Shown here: positions 18,651-28,088 of the stretch, piece after piece
Layout: each line of letters opens with the position of its first letter
How positions within the stretch are numbered: position 1 is the stretch's first letter
Source of the DNA: Candidatus Latescibacterota bacterium
GTDB taxonomy: Bacteria > Latescibacterota > UBA2968 > UBA8231
DNA length: 64,000 bases
Assembly: GCA_965243025.1 (NCBI GenBank)
Contig: CBDETY010000003.1
Location: 5,184,001-5,248,000 of the forward strand
Reading direction: 5' to 3'
Position numbers and translations under genes: made by a program
Notes under the pieces: model-generated
Seen by the model: the letters and a program-made list of their open reading frames with translations, nothing else
Told to the model about the DNA's origin: nothing
Database searches by the model: none

Positions 18651-21149
18651 ATGAGGACCTTCGGACCGGCCCTCCTCGCCGTCCTGTTGTCGGCGGCGGG
18701 CGCCCACCCGCAGCCCTGGCTGGTGCGCGGCACCGTTTCGGACGCGGCCACCGGCCAGCCCCTTCCCGCCGCTACCGTGCAACTCGCGGGCACCTGGCGC
18801 GGCACCATAGCCAACGACGAGGGGGAGTTCCTGCTCGAAGTGCGGGGGCTGCCGGCTGTTCTGAAGGTGAGCTACATCGGCTACGCCTCCCGGGACAGCG
18901 TTCTCACCGCGGCCCCGGGGCGGGTCGACTTCGCGCTGGCCCCGGTCCCCTTCCGCTTCGAGCCGGTGGTGGTGACCGCGGAGGATCCGGCCGAGGCGAT
19001 CATGCGCGAGGTAATCCGCCGCAAGCAGGAGTGGCGGCCCGGCCTGGCCGGCTACCGCGCCGAGGCGTATACCCGGCGGGTCCTGGAGAACGAGAAGGAG
19101 ATCGTCCTGATCGGCGAGCAGGCCTCGGAGATCTACTGGGACCGGGAACGGGGCCTGCGCGAGGTGGTCAAGTCGAGGCGCCTGACCCGCAACCAGGGCC
19201 CGGATGCCGGGTACGTCTCGGCCCTGCAGGGGTTCGTCGACTTCTACGACGACGACATCCCCTTCATCGGCCACACCCTGATCGGTCCCACCCACCCCGA
19301 CGCCCTCGAGCACTACCGCTTCCGCCTCGCCGGCAGGCGCTACCTCGACGACCGGGTGGTGTTCGACATCTCGGTCGAGCCGAGGAACAGGCTGCAGTCC
19401 GCCCTGGCCGGCCGCGTCTCCGTGCTGGACGGGGAATTCGCCCTCCTCGAGGCCGAACTGGCGCCGAGCCGGGCATCCGTGACCTCGGTGGTTCCCCTGC
19501 CCGTGATCGAGGGGATGGATGTCGTCTGGCGCCAGCAGTTCCGCGGCTTTGCCGAAGGGGTGTGGCTGCCGGTCGACTACCGGGCCTCGATGAAGGTGAA
19601 GGTCGGCATGGCGGGGCTGCGCTTTCCCGCGGCGAGGTTCAACCAGGTGACGCGGCTGGGGGAGTACGAGGTCAACGTCGACATGCCGGATTCGCTGTAT
19701 GCCGGCGAGGAGGTGCTGCGGGTCGATTCCCTGGCGGTTGCACGGGACAGCTCCTTTGCGCGGCTGGCGGACAAGGTGCCCCTGTCGGAGCGGGAAAAGG
19801 CGGCATATGCCAGCATCGACAGCACCCTGGTTTTCGAGCGGGCCTTCCGGCCCACCGGGTTCCTCGCCCGCTTCCTGCTGCCGGAGCCCGGAGAGGAGAG
19901 CGAGCCCCCGGAAAAGCCGCAGGCCCGGGGAGAGCCGGAGAAACGGGAGGGGCGGTTCCCCGTCCCGGGGCTGGCCGGCCTGAAACCGGAGCTGCGCTAC
20001 GACCGGGTGGCGGGGGCGCACCTCGGGCTGAAGGGGGAGCGGACACTGCGGGAAGGTGCGGGTCCGGGCGGCCTGGAGGATGGGGCACCTCCAGGGCCGG
20101 CGGAGGGCCGGGGCCCCGGGGGCGGGCTGTACCTGGCCGCGGACGCCGGCTACGACCTGCTTCTCGAGCGGCTCTCCTTTGCCGGCGGCATCGAATGGGC
20201 CCGGGGAGCGGGCCGCGCCGCCGTCGAGTACGGGAGAGGCCCGGTCCCCCGCATCCCCTCGGACAGCTATTCCCCGCTGCTCAACAGCGCCCAGAGCCTG
20301 CTCGGCCTCGACGACTACTTCGACTATTACTGGAGGGAAGGCCTGCGCTGGCGGATCGGACTGTCGATGCCCCGCCGCATCGGCTTGGAGCTCGGCTTCA
20401 ACGACGAGGCGCACTCCTCCCTGGAGGGGACGGACGCCTTCAACCTGCTGGACCGGGACTGGAGCCGCCCCAACCCCGCCGTGGAGGAAGGGCGGCTGCG
20501 CTCGCTCGAGGCGGGCTTCACCTGGGGCGGGCCGTACCGGCCGTTCGGCATGACCGCCAACCGCCGGGTCGAAGCGAGGGTGGAGCACGGTTCCGGGGGG
20601 CTGGGGGGAGACTTCTCCTTCACCCGGCTGCGCCTCGCCCTCGACGGGCATTTCAAGACTTTCCTGAAGCGCCGCCCGAGCCCCAACGCCCTCGACCTGC
20701 GCCTGGTGGCGGGGTACTCCCTCGGGGAGCTGCCGCCGCAGCGGTTCGGGGCCCTGGAGGCCGGCATGGCCTTCTTCTCCCCTTTCGGCACCTTCCGCAC
20801 GGTGCGCGGCCACCCTTTCGAGGGAGAGCGGTACGCGGCCCTGTACTGGGAGCACAACTTCAAGAGCACCCCCTTCGAGCTGCTCGGATTGTGGCACTGG
20901 GCAATGCGCGGAACAGGGCTGGTGGTGCACGGGGCTTCCGGAAGGACGTGGATCGACCCGGAGCGGCTGGCCGTGCTCGGGTACGTTCCCCGCTACCGGG
21001 ACGGCTTCCGCCACGAGGCGGGGGTTTCGCTGATACTTTACAATTTGCTGCGCCTCGACCTCACCGGGCGGCTGGACCGGCCCGGCTGGAGCGCCGGGGC
21101 GAGCGTCGCCCGTTTCGATTTCGGGCCGGTCAGGGCGGAGCGGCGGTAA
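18651..21149 (+). CDS. Outer-membrane protein with N-terminal carboxypeptidase-regulatory-like domain (DUF5686-like)
   Basis: Signal peptide, 'VRGTVSDAATGQPLPAATV...GTIANDEGEF...SYIGY'; amphipathic beta-rich C-terminus. Confidence 0.75.
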   Translation: MRTFGPALLAVLLSAAGAHPQPWLVRGTVSDAATGQPLPAATVQLAGTWRGTIANDEGEFLLEVRGLPAVLKVSYIGYASRDSVLTAAPGRVDFALAPVPFRFEPVVVTAEDPAEAIMREVIRRKQEWRPGLAGYRAEAYTRRVLENEKEIVLIGEQASEIYWDRERGLREVVKSRRLTRNQGPDAGYVSALQGFVDFYDDDIPFIGHTLIGPTHPDALEHYRFRLAGRRYLDDRVVFDISVEPRNRLQSALAGRVSVLDGEFALLEAELAPSRASVTSVVPLPVIEGMDVVWRQQFRGFAEGVWLPVDYRASMKVKVGMAGLRFPAARFNQVTRLGEYEVNVDMPDSLYAGEEVLRVDSLAVARDSSFARLADKVPLSEREKAAYASIDSTLVFERAFRPTGFLARFLLPEPGEESEPPEKPQARGEPEKREGRFPVPGLAGLKPELRYDRVAGAHLGLKGERTLREGAGPGGLEDGAPPGPAEGRGPGGGLYLAADAGYDLLLERLSFAGGIEWARGAGRAAVEYGRGPVPRIPSDSYSPLLNSAQSLLGLDDYFDYYWREGLRWRIGLSMPRRIGLELGFNDEAHSSLEGTDAFNLLDRDWSRPNPAVEEGRLRSLEAGFTWGGPYRPFGMTANRRVEARVEHGSGGLGGDFSFTRLRLALDGHFKTFLKRRPSPNALDLRLVAGYSLGELPPQRFGALEAGMAFFSPFGTFRTVRGHPFEGERYAALYWEHNFKSTPFELLGLWHWAMRGTGLVVHGASGRTWIDPERLAVLGYVPRYRDGFRHEAGVSLILYNLLRLDLTGRLDRPGWSAGASVARFDFGPVRAERR

Positions 21150-21287
21150 TGCCCGGGGGCCGGCCTCAGCGGCAGCGCGAACCGCCCCGCGATTTTCCGT
21201 CGCGGGGTGCAGCCGCGGCCGAATCGACCCGGAGCTGCGGGCGCGGTAAACAGGTCCATCTTTCGCAAAGAGATTGGAGAATCTGAA

Positions 21288-22613
21288 ATGGCAAAGGTCG
21301 TCTTCATCGGGGCCGGAAGCTTCGGCTTCACCCGCAACCTCGTGCGCGATCTGCTCACCTTCGAGCGCCTCGAAAACTCCGAGATCGCCCTGGTCGACAT
21401 CGCCAGACAGCGGCTCGACTTCGCCCGCCGCGCCTGCGAGAAGCTGGTCGCCCAGGGCGGGTACGGGGCCAGGGTGACCACCACGACGGACCGCCGCCAG
21501 GCCCTGGCCGGGGCGGACGCCGTCTGCGTCACCATCCTGCGCGGGGCCACCAGGGTCTGGCAGCACGACATCCTGATTCCCAAGAAGTACGGGATCGACA
21601 CCAACATCGGGGACACGCGCGGCCCCAGCGGCATCTTCCGCGCCCTGCGCACGATCCCGGAGATGGTGGCGATAGCCCGCGACATGGAGGAGCTCTGCCC
21701 GCGGGCGATCATGCTCAACTACACCAACCCGATGGCGATGCTGTGCCACGCCATGAAGCGCGAAACCTCGATCGAGCTGACCGGCCTGTGCCACTCGGTG
21801 CAGGGCACCGCGGCCATGCTCGAGCGCTGGCTCGGCCTGGCGCCGGGAGAGATGGACTACCAGTGCGCCGGGATCAACCACATGGCCTGGTACCTGAAGC
21901 TGCAGCACCGGGGCCGCGACATGTATCCGAAGCTGAGGGAGGCGGTGACGGCGGACAAAGCGGTGTACAACCAGGAGCAGGTCCGCAACGAGATGTTCCT
22001 GGCGCTCGGCCGCTACGTCACCGAGTCGAGCGGCCACAACTCGGAATACAACTGGTGGTTCCGCAAGCGGCCCGACCTGATCGAGCGCTACTGCACCGAC
22101 GGCACCGGCTGGAATCCCGGGCACTACGCCTACGTCCTCGATCATTACCGCGAAAGGGAGAAGACGTGGAAGCAGTCGGTCCGCGAGTGGCTCGCCCAGG
22201 ACGAAATACCGCTCGAACGCGGCCGCGAGTACGCGGCCTCGATAATCAACGCGCGCATGGGCGGGGAGATCTACGAGTTCAACGGCAACGTCCCCAACGA
22301 CGGGCTCGTCGACAACCTGCCGCAGGGCGCCTGCGTCGAGGTGCCGGTGGTCGCCAGCCGCAAGGGGTTCGAGCCGATCCGCGTCGGCAGCCTGCCGCCG
22401 CAGTGCGCCATGCTCACCGGCCTCAGCGCCCAGATCGAGATGATGGCGGTCGAGGGCTGCCTCGCGGGAGACGCCGGGCTCGTGTACCAGGCGGTCGCCC
22501 ACGACCCGCTGACCGCGGCCAAGCTGTCGCTGGCCGAGACGCGGGACATGGTGAAGGAGATGTTCCGCCGGAACCGGCGGTGGCTGCCCCAGTTCGACAA
22601 GGTCGACCTGTAG
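21288..22613 (+). CDS. melA: GH4 NAD-dependent alpha-galactosidase
   Basis: [47 protein letters not shown]. Confidence 0.85.
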   Translation: MAKVVFIGAGSFGFTRNLVRDLLTFERLENSEIALVDIARQRLDFARRACEKLVAQGGYGARVTTTTDRRQALAGADAVCVTILRGATRVWQHDILIPKKYGIDTNIGDTRGPSGIFRALRTIPEMVAIARDMEELCPRAIMLNYTNPMAMLCHAMKRETSIELTGLCHSVQGTAAMLERWLGLAPGEMDYQCAGINHMAWYLKLQHRGRDMYPKLREAVTADKAVYNQEQVRNEMFLALGRYVTESSGHNSEYNWWFRKRPDLIERYCTDGTGWNPGHYAYVLDHYREREKTWKQSVREWLAQDEIPLERGREYAASIINARMGGEIYEFNGNVPNDGLVDNLPQGACVEVPVVASRKGFEPIRVGSLPPQCAMLTGLSAQIEMMAVEGCLAGDAGLVYQAVAHDPLTAAKLSLAETRDMVKEMFRRNRRWLPQFDKVDL

Positions 22614-22662
22614 GCTGGCTGTTCGTGGATACCACCGACACCCCCCCTCTGGTCGCCCGCAG

Positions 22663-24552
22663 ATGATCCGGACCGTCGACGGGGACCTGGTTTCGGTCGC
22701 GGCGTCCCGCAGGGAGCCGCCTCCGGAGTGGGCGGTCCTGCAGCGACAGCTGATCGACGCCGTCAACGAGGCCGCCCCGCTGCATATCGGGAAGTACACC
22801 GAGCCCGGCGGCGTCCCCTACTACGCCGACGACGTCGACGACCTCTACGAGATGTTCTACAACTGGGGGCTCTTCTACGCTCTCGGCGGCGGCGAGCAGC
22901 TGCTGACCTGGGCCCTGCAGGAGTACAACGCCATCACGCGGTTCTGCGACGACGGCATCGTCAGCCGCCGGCATCCGCGGTTCGGACAGCAGCTCCACAA
23001 CGAGTACTACAACGACACCGAGTGGCACCACCAGAGCGAGGGGAACATGCTGTTCTACGACCTCGGCGTCGCTTCCCCCGCGATCTCGGAGAACGTCCGC
23101 CGCGCCCGCCGCTTCGCCGCGATGTTCACCGGGGAAGACCCGCAGGCCCCCAACTACGACCGCAGGCACCGCGTCCTGCGCTCGCCGGTGACGACCAGCC
23201 GCGGCCCCCGCCTGCAGGCCGACCGTCACCTTGCGAAGATGCTGCTGACCGGAAGGGACTGGGAGAAGGAGCGGTTCTACGGGGTGCGGGCGAGCCTCCA
23301 CCCTCACGTGGAGGAGCTCGACCTGGACTGGGACCGCGATCCGCAGCGCCGCCCCGGAATCGTCCGCCTCGCCGGCGAGGTCGTGCTCGCGAGCGACGTC
23401 CCCCAGAACATGGCGGCCACCGCCCTGGTGACCAACGCCTACCTCTACACGGGAGAGGAGAAGTACCGGCAGTGGGTGCTCGACTACGTCGAGGCCTGGA
23501 TGGAACGGGTGCGGAAGAACGGCGGCATCATGCCGGACAACGTCGGCCCCACCGGGGTGATCGGCGAGAACCGCGGCGGCCAGTGGTGGGGAGGGTACTA
23601 CGGCTGGAACAGCCGCTTCTCCCCCCGAATCATGCTCAACGGGGCCATCGTCGGCGCCGAGTGCGCCCTGCTGCTGAGCGGCGACTGCGGCTTTCTCGAG
23701 GTCCTGCGCTCGCAGCTGCGGCTGCTGTTCGACAACGCCGTCAGCGACGCCGGCGGCCAGCTCCTGCTCCCCCACCGCTACGGCCCCGAAGGCTGGCATC
23801 ACTTTCAGCGTTTCCGCATCGTCGACGCCGCCCACCTCTGGCACGCGTCGATGGAGCGGCGCGACTACGAGCTGATCGAGCGGCTGCGCGCCGGAGACCG
23901 GCAGGGGGACTGGAACCGGCTCGACTCGTTCGGGGAGAAGAACAACCGCGAGGGGGACTCCGAGTACTCGCGCTTCCAGTACTACGACGGCCGCAACCCC
24001 GGGTGGCCGGTACAGGTGATGCGGGGAGAGCTCCGCTACGTGCGGGAAACCGCGGCGGCGATCCGGGCGGACAGCCGCGACGTCGAGACCATCGTCGAAG
24101 AGAACCTGAATCCGCCGAACCCCGTGGTCACAAAGGGACTGACGCAGATGACCACCGGGTCGCCGCACAGCATCTACAACGGCGGCCTGCTGCGGGCGAC
24201 GGTCCGCCACTTCGACGCCGACGCCCGGCGCCCCGGCCTGCCCGCAGACGTCGCCGCTTTCGTCGATCTGCTCGAGGCGGAGCGGGTGGGGATTCAGCTG
24301 GTCAACACGGGGGACGCGGAACGAAACCTCGTTCTGCAGGCCGGCGCTTTCGGTGAGCACAGGTTCACCGATCTGACCTGCGGAGATGCGGACGGGGGCC
24401 GGCGGCTGGCGGTGAACTCCAGGCACCTCGGGGTGCGGCTTCCCCCGGGGACCGGCATCCGCCTCGAGATAGGGCTGCGGCGCTTCGCCAACCGGCCGGG
24501 CTACGCCTTCCCGTGGCACGGCGGCAGGATCCCGGTGCCGTTTCAGTCTTGA
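22663..24552 (+). CDS. Conserved hypothetical protein (possible alpha-helical toroid carbohydrate-active enzyme)
   Basis: 629-aa coding-like ORF downstream of melA; aromatic/acidic motifs (DDLYE, WHHQSEG, PDNVG, WWGGYYGW); fold is a guess. Confidence 0.6.
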   Translation: MIRTVDGDLVSVAASRREPPPEWAVLQRQLIDAVNEAAPLHIGKYTEPGGVPYYADDVDDLYEMFYNWGLFYALGGGEQLLTWALQEYNAITRFCDDGIVSRRHPRFGQQLHNEYYNDTEWHHQSEGNMLFYDLGVASPAISENVRRARRFAAMFTGEDPQAPNYDRRHRVLRSPVTTSRGPRLQADRHLAKMLLTGRDWEKERFYGVRASLHPHVEELDLDWDRDPQRRPGIVRLAGEVVLASDVPQNMAATALVTNAYLYTGEEKYRQWVLDYVEAWMERVRKNGGIMPDNVGPTGVIGENRGGQWWGGYYGWNSRFSPRIMLNGAIVGAECALLLSGDCGFLEVLRSQLRLLFDNAVSDAGGQLLLPHRYGPEGWHHFQRFRIVDAAHLWHASMERRDYELIERLRAGDRQGDWNRLDSFGEKNNREGDSEYSRFQYYDGRNPGWPVQVMRGELRYVRETAAAIRADSRDVETIVEENLNPPNPVVTKGLTQMTTGSPHSIYNGGLLRATVRHFDADARRPGLPADVAAFVDLLEAERVGIQLVNTGDAERNLVLQAGAFGEHRFTDLTCGDADGGRRLAVNSRHLGVRLPPGTGIRLEIGLRRFANRPGYAFPWHGGRIPVPFQS

Positions 24553-24888
24553 GGGGTTTCTCCGGGGCAGGGAGGCGGTCCCGACAAGGGGGCACTCCGA
24601 GAGCAACTGTCGGGTCCGTCCACGGGTGCAGGCATTTTCTTGCCGCCTCCGGGACGGTGCGTTAGCATCCTGCGAACCGCGCGTGCCTGCACGCGTAAGC
24701 AAGCGTACCGAACGAGGGGAAGGACCAACTACGTCATTTCGCCGATTGCGCCCGGCTCGCAAGGCGTTTGAGCGAGTCGAACCCGGGGGTGTACGGCGAG
24801 CGATGGCAACGCCGTGAGCCGGGATGGATCGGCGGCCGAATTCACGCGGGATTGCGCCCGCCGGCACTGAGAACAGACCACCGAATAC

Positions 24889-25245
24889 ATGATCGACGCC
24901 GCCCAGGTATCGCAGTGGCTCGGCCAGCTCAGGCGGGGGGCGCTCACCCCGGACGACCTCGAGCAGGCCCTCGACCGTCTGAAACAGGACCGCACCCCCG
25001 CAGTCCAGCGGCTGCTCTACCTCCAGACTCACACCACCGACCTCGAGTCGCCCGTCATCGGCATGGCCATCGTCGAGGACGCGGTGGTGTACGACGCCCC
25101 GGACGACCCTGACGACTGGCCCTACCAGACCGTCCTCGAGGCGATGAGCGACGGCTGGCGCATCATCAGGTTTCCCGAGATGGCCCTGGCTTACCTCGAT
25201 CCCGACTACGGGGGCATGAAATGGGAATTCATACTCGAGAAATGA
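24889..25245 (+). CDS. Small hypothetical protein coupled to PhyH
   Basis: 118 aa, 'WPYQTVLEAMSDGWRIIRFP'; ATGA overlap with downstream dioxygenase. Confidence 0.65.
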   Translation: MIDAAQVSQWLGQLRRGALTPDDLEQALDRLKQDRTPAVQRLLYLQTHTTDLESPVIGMAIVEDAVVYDAPDDPDDWPYQTVLEAMSDGWRIIRFPEMALAYLDPDYGGMKWEFILEK

Positions 25246-26078
25246 ACGGCGCCGTCGTCGCCGGAAAGACCTGGGACTGCCCGCCCACCCTCGACGACCG
25301 GCAGGTGATGGACTTCTGCAGGAGGGGCTACGTGATGCTCGGGGGGGTGGTCCCGGACGAGGTCAACCGCCGCACCGTCGAGTTCCTCGACGAGCACGAC
25401 TCGCCCGAGCCGTCGGAGATCCTCGAGGAGGACTGGTTCGACGAAGGGGTGATCCGCAACCCGGAAGCGGCCGGGGCGGTGCGCTCCCTTCTCGGCAGGG
25501 ACTTCGTGCTGCCGGAGATGATGGCCAACCACCGGGTCGAGTGCCCGGCACCGGCTCTCAACTGGCACCAGGACGGCGGCTCGATGCTGACCCCGCGGGT
25601 CGACTACCTGCAGGTGTTCTACTACCCCGAGGAGGTGCCGCGGGAGATGGGGCCGACCGAGATACTGCCGGGCAGCCACCTCAAGCGCGGTTACGGCGGC
25701 ATCCTCAGCCGGCTCCGCAGCGTGCGCGACTCGTTTCTCACGGCGGCGCCTGCCGGCACCATATTCCTGACCTGCTACACTATCTGGCACCGCCGCAGCG
25801 CCAGCACCGGCAGCGGCATCCGCAACAACCTCAAGTACAACTACTGGCGCACCTCGGAACCCTGCCGCGACTGGAAAACCGACCCCGGCTTCAGCTTTTC
25901 CTGGCCGGCCAACGAGTTTCCCGGGTTCACCGTTCCCGCGGCGAAGATGCTCGTCTGGCTGTGCGGCGAGGAGTGGGAGCACATGGGCGGCCAGGCGTGG
26001 CCCTGTTTCTCGGAGAAGGTCCACCACCACGACCAGCAGGGGCTCCCCGCCGGTTTTCGCCGGGCTGGGCGGGGGTGA
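25242..26078 (+). CDS. PhyH family dioxygenase
   Basis: WHQD, GPTEILPGSH, 'PAGTIFLT..IWHRR'. Confidence 0.82.
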   Translation: MNGAVVAGKTWDCPPTLDDRQVMDFCRRGYVMLGGVVPDEVNRRTVEFLDEHDSPEPSEILEEDWFDEGVIRNPEAAGAVRSLLGRDFVLPEMMANHRVECPAPALNWHQDGGSMLTPRVDYLQVFYYPEEVPREMGPTEILPGSHLKRGYGGILSRLRSVRDSFLTAAPAGTIFLTCYTIWHRRSASTGSGIRNNLKYNYWRTSEPCRDWKTDPGFSFSWPANEFPGFTVPAAKMLVWLCGEEWEHMGGQAWPCFSEKVHHHDQQGLPAGFRRAGRG

Positions 26079-26258
26079 GGGCCAGCTGTTTGCTTCCTGC
26101 GCTGGCGGTTGTCCTGGGGGGCTTTGTTCGGGTTGTCCCTGATGGACTGCCGAGTAGGTGTCCCCCTTTCGAGGTTGGCGAAGATCTTCCGAGGGTCACA
26201 AAACCCTTGCGAGGGTATCACGGGTCTTGGAACTTGCCACATAGCATGAACTGAATGA

Positions 26259-27369
26259 ATGGAACTCCCGTACGAGATTCGCGATCCGGTCCACGGCTTC
26301 ATCGGCATCAGCGCGTGGGAACGGGATATCCTGAACCATCCGGCTCTCCAAAGGCTGAGACGAATCCGCCAGCTCGGTCTGAGCGATATGGTCTATCCGG
26401 GGAGCGTGCACACCCGGTTCGAGCATTCACTCGGGGTAATGCATGTCGCTTCGAGGATGTTCAGCGAGATCCGTGTGCGCTCACCAAATCTTCTGAAAAA
26501 GCTGAAATACGAGAGTGCAGGACTGGACCGCCAACACGCGTTGATTCGGATCACTGCACTGGTACACGACGTGGGACACGCCCCTTTTCACATGCGGCAG
26601 AGGAACTCATGGAGAGGGAAGAGGGGGAGGAGTTATCTCACGAGCATTACACCGCAGGCGTGGTAAAGCACTTGCTTCGGGACGTGATCGAGAACCATCC
26701 GGCAAACACCAATTTTGGGTTTCGCGCTGACGAGGTGACGGCCTTGCTTTCGGGCGAGACAGAGATGGGACATCAGCAGCTCCTGTGGCGGGAACTGATC
26801 TCTGGACAATTGGATGCGGACCGTGCCGACTATCTGCTGCGGGACGCCTATCACGCGGGAGTGGAGTACGGGTATGCTGGAAGTAGACACGGGAGGTGCT
26901 TGAGAACGATGCGAAGCAAACAGGGCGAGCGACGTTGTTGCCACCGGCCGGCGACGCAGACAGCCTCGAGAAGTATCTCTCCTGGGATGACTGGCGAGTC
27001 CTGGGGCGGGTGAAAGAAGGGGAAGGGGGTGAGCATCGGGCTGCATTGCTGAAGCGCAAGCATTTTCGGCGCGTCTTCGAGACGACGGAGGTACCTTCGG
27101 AAGAGGATCTCAAGCTGTTTGAGAAAATTACAGGCGAACTTGGCGATATGGTCGGATTCGTGGACAAGGCGGAGAGTTCCTGGTACCGGCAGGAGGCCGA
27201 TCCCCTGATTGTTGGAAGGGACGGAGTGAAGCGACTTTCCCAACTATCGACCATCGTCGGCAGCATGAAAACGGTAAACCGCCACAGGGTCTACGTACGA
27301 CCGTCGGATCGAGAGCGGGCGGAGCAAGTGGTGGCGTCTTGTGAGAGGAGGAAAATGACAGATGGCTGA
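26259..27369 (+). pseudogene. Disrupted HD-domain phosphohydrolase (YwfO/SAMHD1-like dNTPase family)
   Basis: IRDPVHGFI, QRLRRIRQLG, HTRFEHSLG, HDVGHAPF; frameshift near 26585, continues SHAAE...QLDADRADYLLRD in another frame; central part missing; C-terminus in ORF 26896..27369. Confidence 0.8.
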
Positions 27370-27940
27370 AACTCCCTTGAAATTCAAGGTGCCTTGGGAG
27401 CGGTATGGGCTGATTGCCGCGGTGGTCAAGGCCCTGCATCAGAGATCGCCCCAGCTTGGGAAGACGGCCTTGCAGAAGATCGTTTACCTGCTTCAGGCCC
27501 TGGCCGGGGTCCAGGCTGGATATCGGTTCCGGTTCTATACGTACGGTCCGTTTTCAGTCGAGCTGCTGCAGGACCTTGACCTGGTCGAGGGCCTGGAGGG
27601 AGTGAAAATCCATCGCGTGGTGAGTCTGATGGGTGGGTTCAGTATCGAGCCTGGCGAAAATGCGGACGGTCTGATCCGGAAGGCGAGCAGCCTGCTGGAG
27701 GAACAGGGGGGAAATGAAAAGATCTCCCGGATCGTTGGGGATTTCGGTGATCTTCCCGCACGGGATCTGGAGTTGCGCGCTACGGTTGTCTACGTGGTGC
27801 GGGATCTCCAACGCAGAGAGGAGAGCGTCGAAAAGAGCCGTGTCATGGAAATCGTCGGCAAGTTGAAACCAAGGTTTGACAGGTCAGAAATCGAAAGTTC
27901 AATCTCGGATCTGTCAGAGTATATGGAGTTGCCTGACTGA
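27362..27940 (+). CDS. YwgA/Panacea(DUF4065)-like partner protein, putative antitoxin
   Basis: 'GKTALQKIVYLLQ...FRFYTYGPFS..L..DL', 'LELRATVVYV'; overlaps the end of the HD gene. Confidence 0.65.
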   Translation: MAETPLKFKVPWERYGLIAAVVKALHQRSPQLGKTALQKIVYLLQALAGVQAGYRFRFYTYGPFSVELLQDLDLVEGLEGVKIHRVVSLMGGFSIEPGENADGLIRKASSLLEEQGGNEKISRIVGDFGDLPARDLELRATVVYVVRDLQRREESVEKSRVMEIVGKLKPRFDRSEIESSISDLSEYMELPD

Positions 27941-28054
27941 CCCCAGGCCCGGAGAAAAACCATGCCTCTCCAATGCGCGTCGGTCGGACAGTTCTGCACT
28001 CTGACCGGCGAGACACTCACCTTCATTCATCAAGCAGACCGGCGTTGACGATTT
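27908..28054 (+). repeat. Left copy of ~147-bp degenerate direct repeat (partner-gene end plus decayed uxuA start)
   Basis: ggagttgcctgactga..ccggagaaaaaccatg..atgcgcgtcggtc..ggacagttc..ctcaccttcat..aagcaga..ggcgt.gacgattt matches 29841-29987. Confidence 0.85.
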
Positions 28055-28088
28055 GAAGTGCCGCTCCAAGAGCGTGCACGCGTCCGGA

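Noticed and set aside
18546-22799. 1417-aa minus-strand ORF and other long alternative-frame ORFs (e.g. 22423..25032, 42928..45087, 59433..61613, 62242..63981)
   Set aside because: Antisense or shifted shadows of recognisable genes; stop codons are scarce at this GC content and the translations are low-complexity with no motifs.
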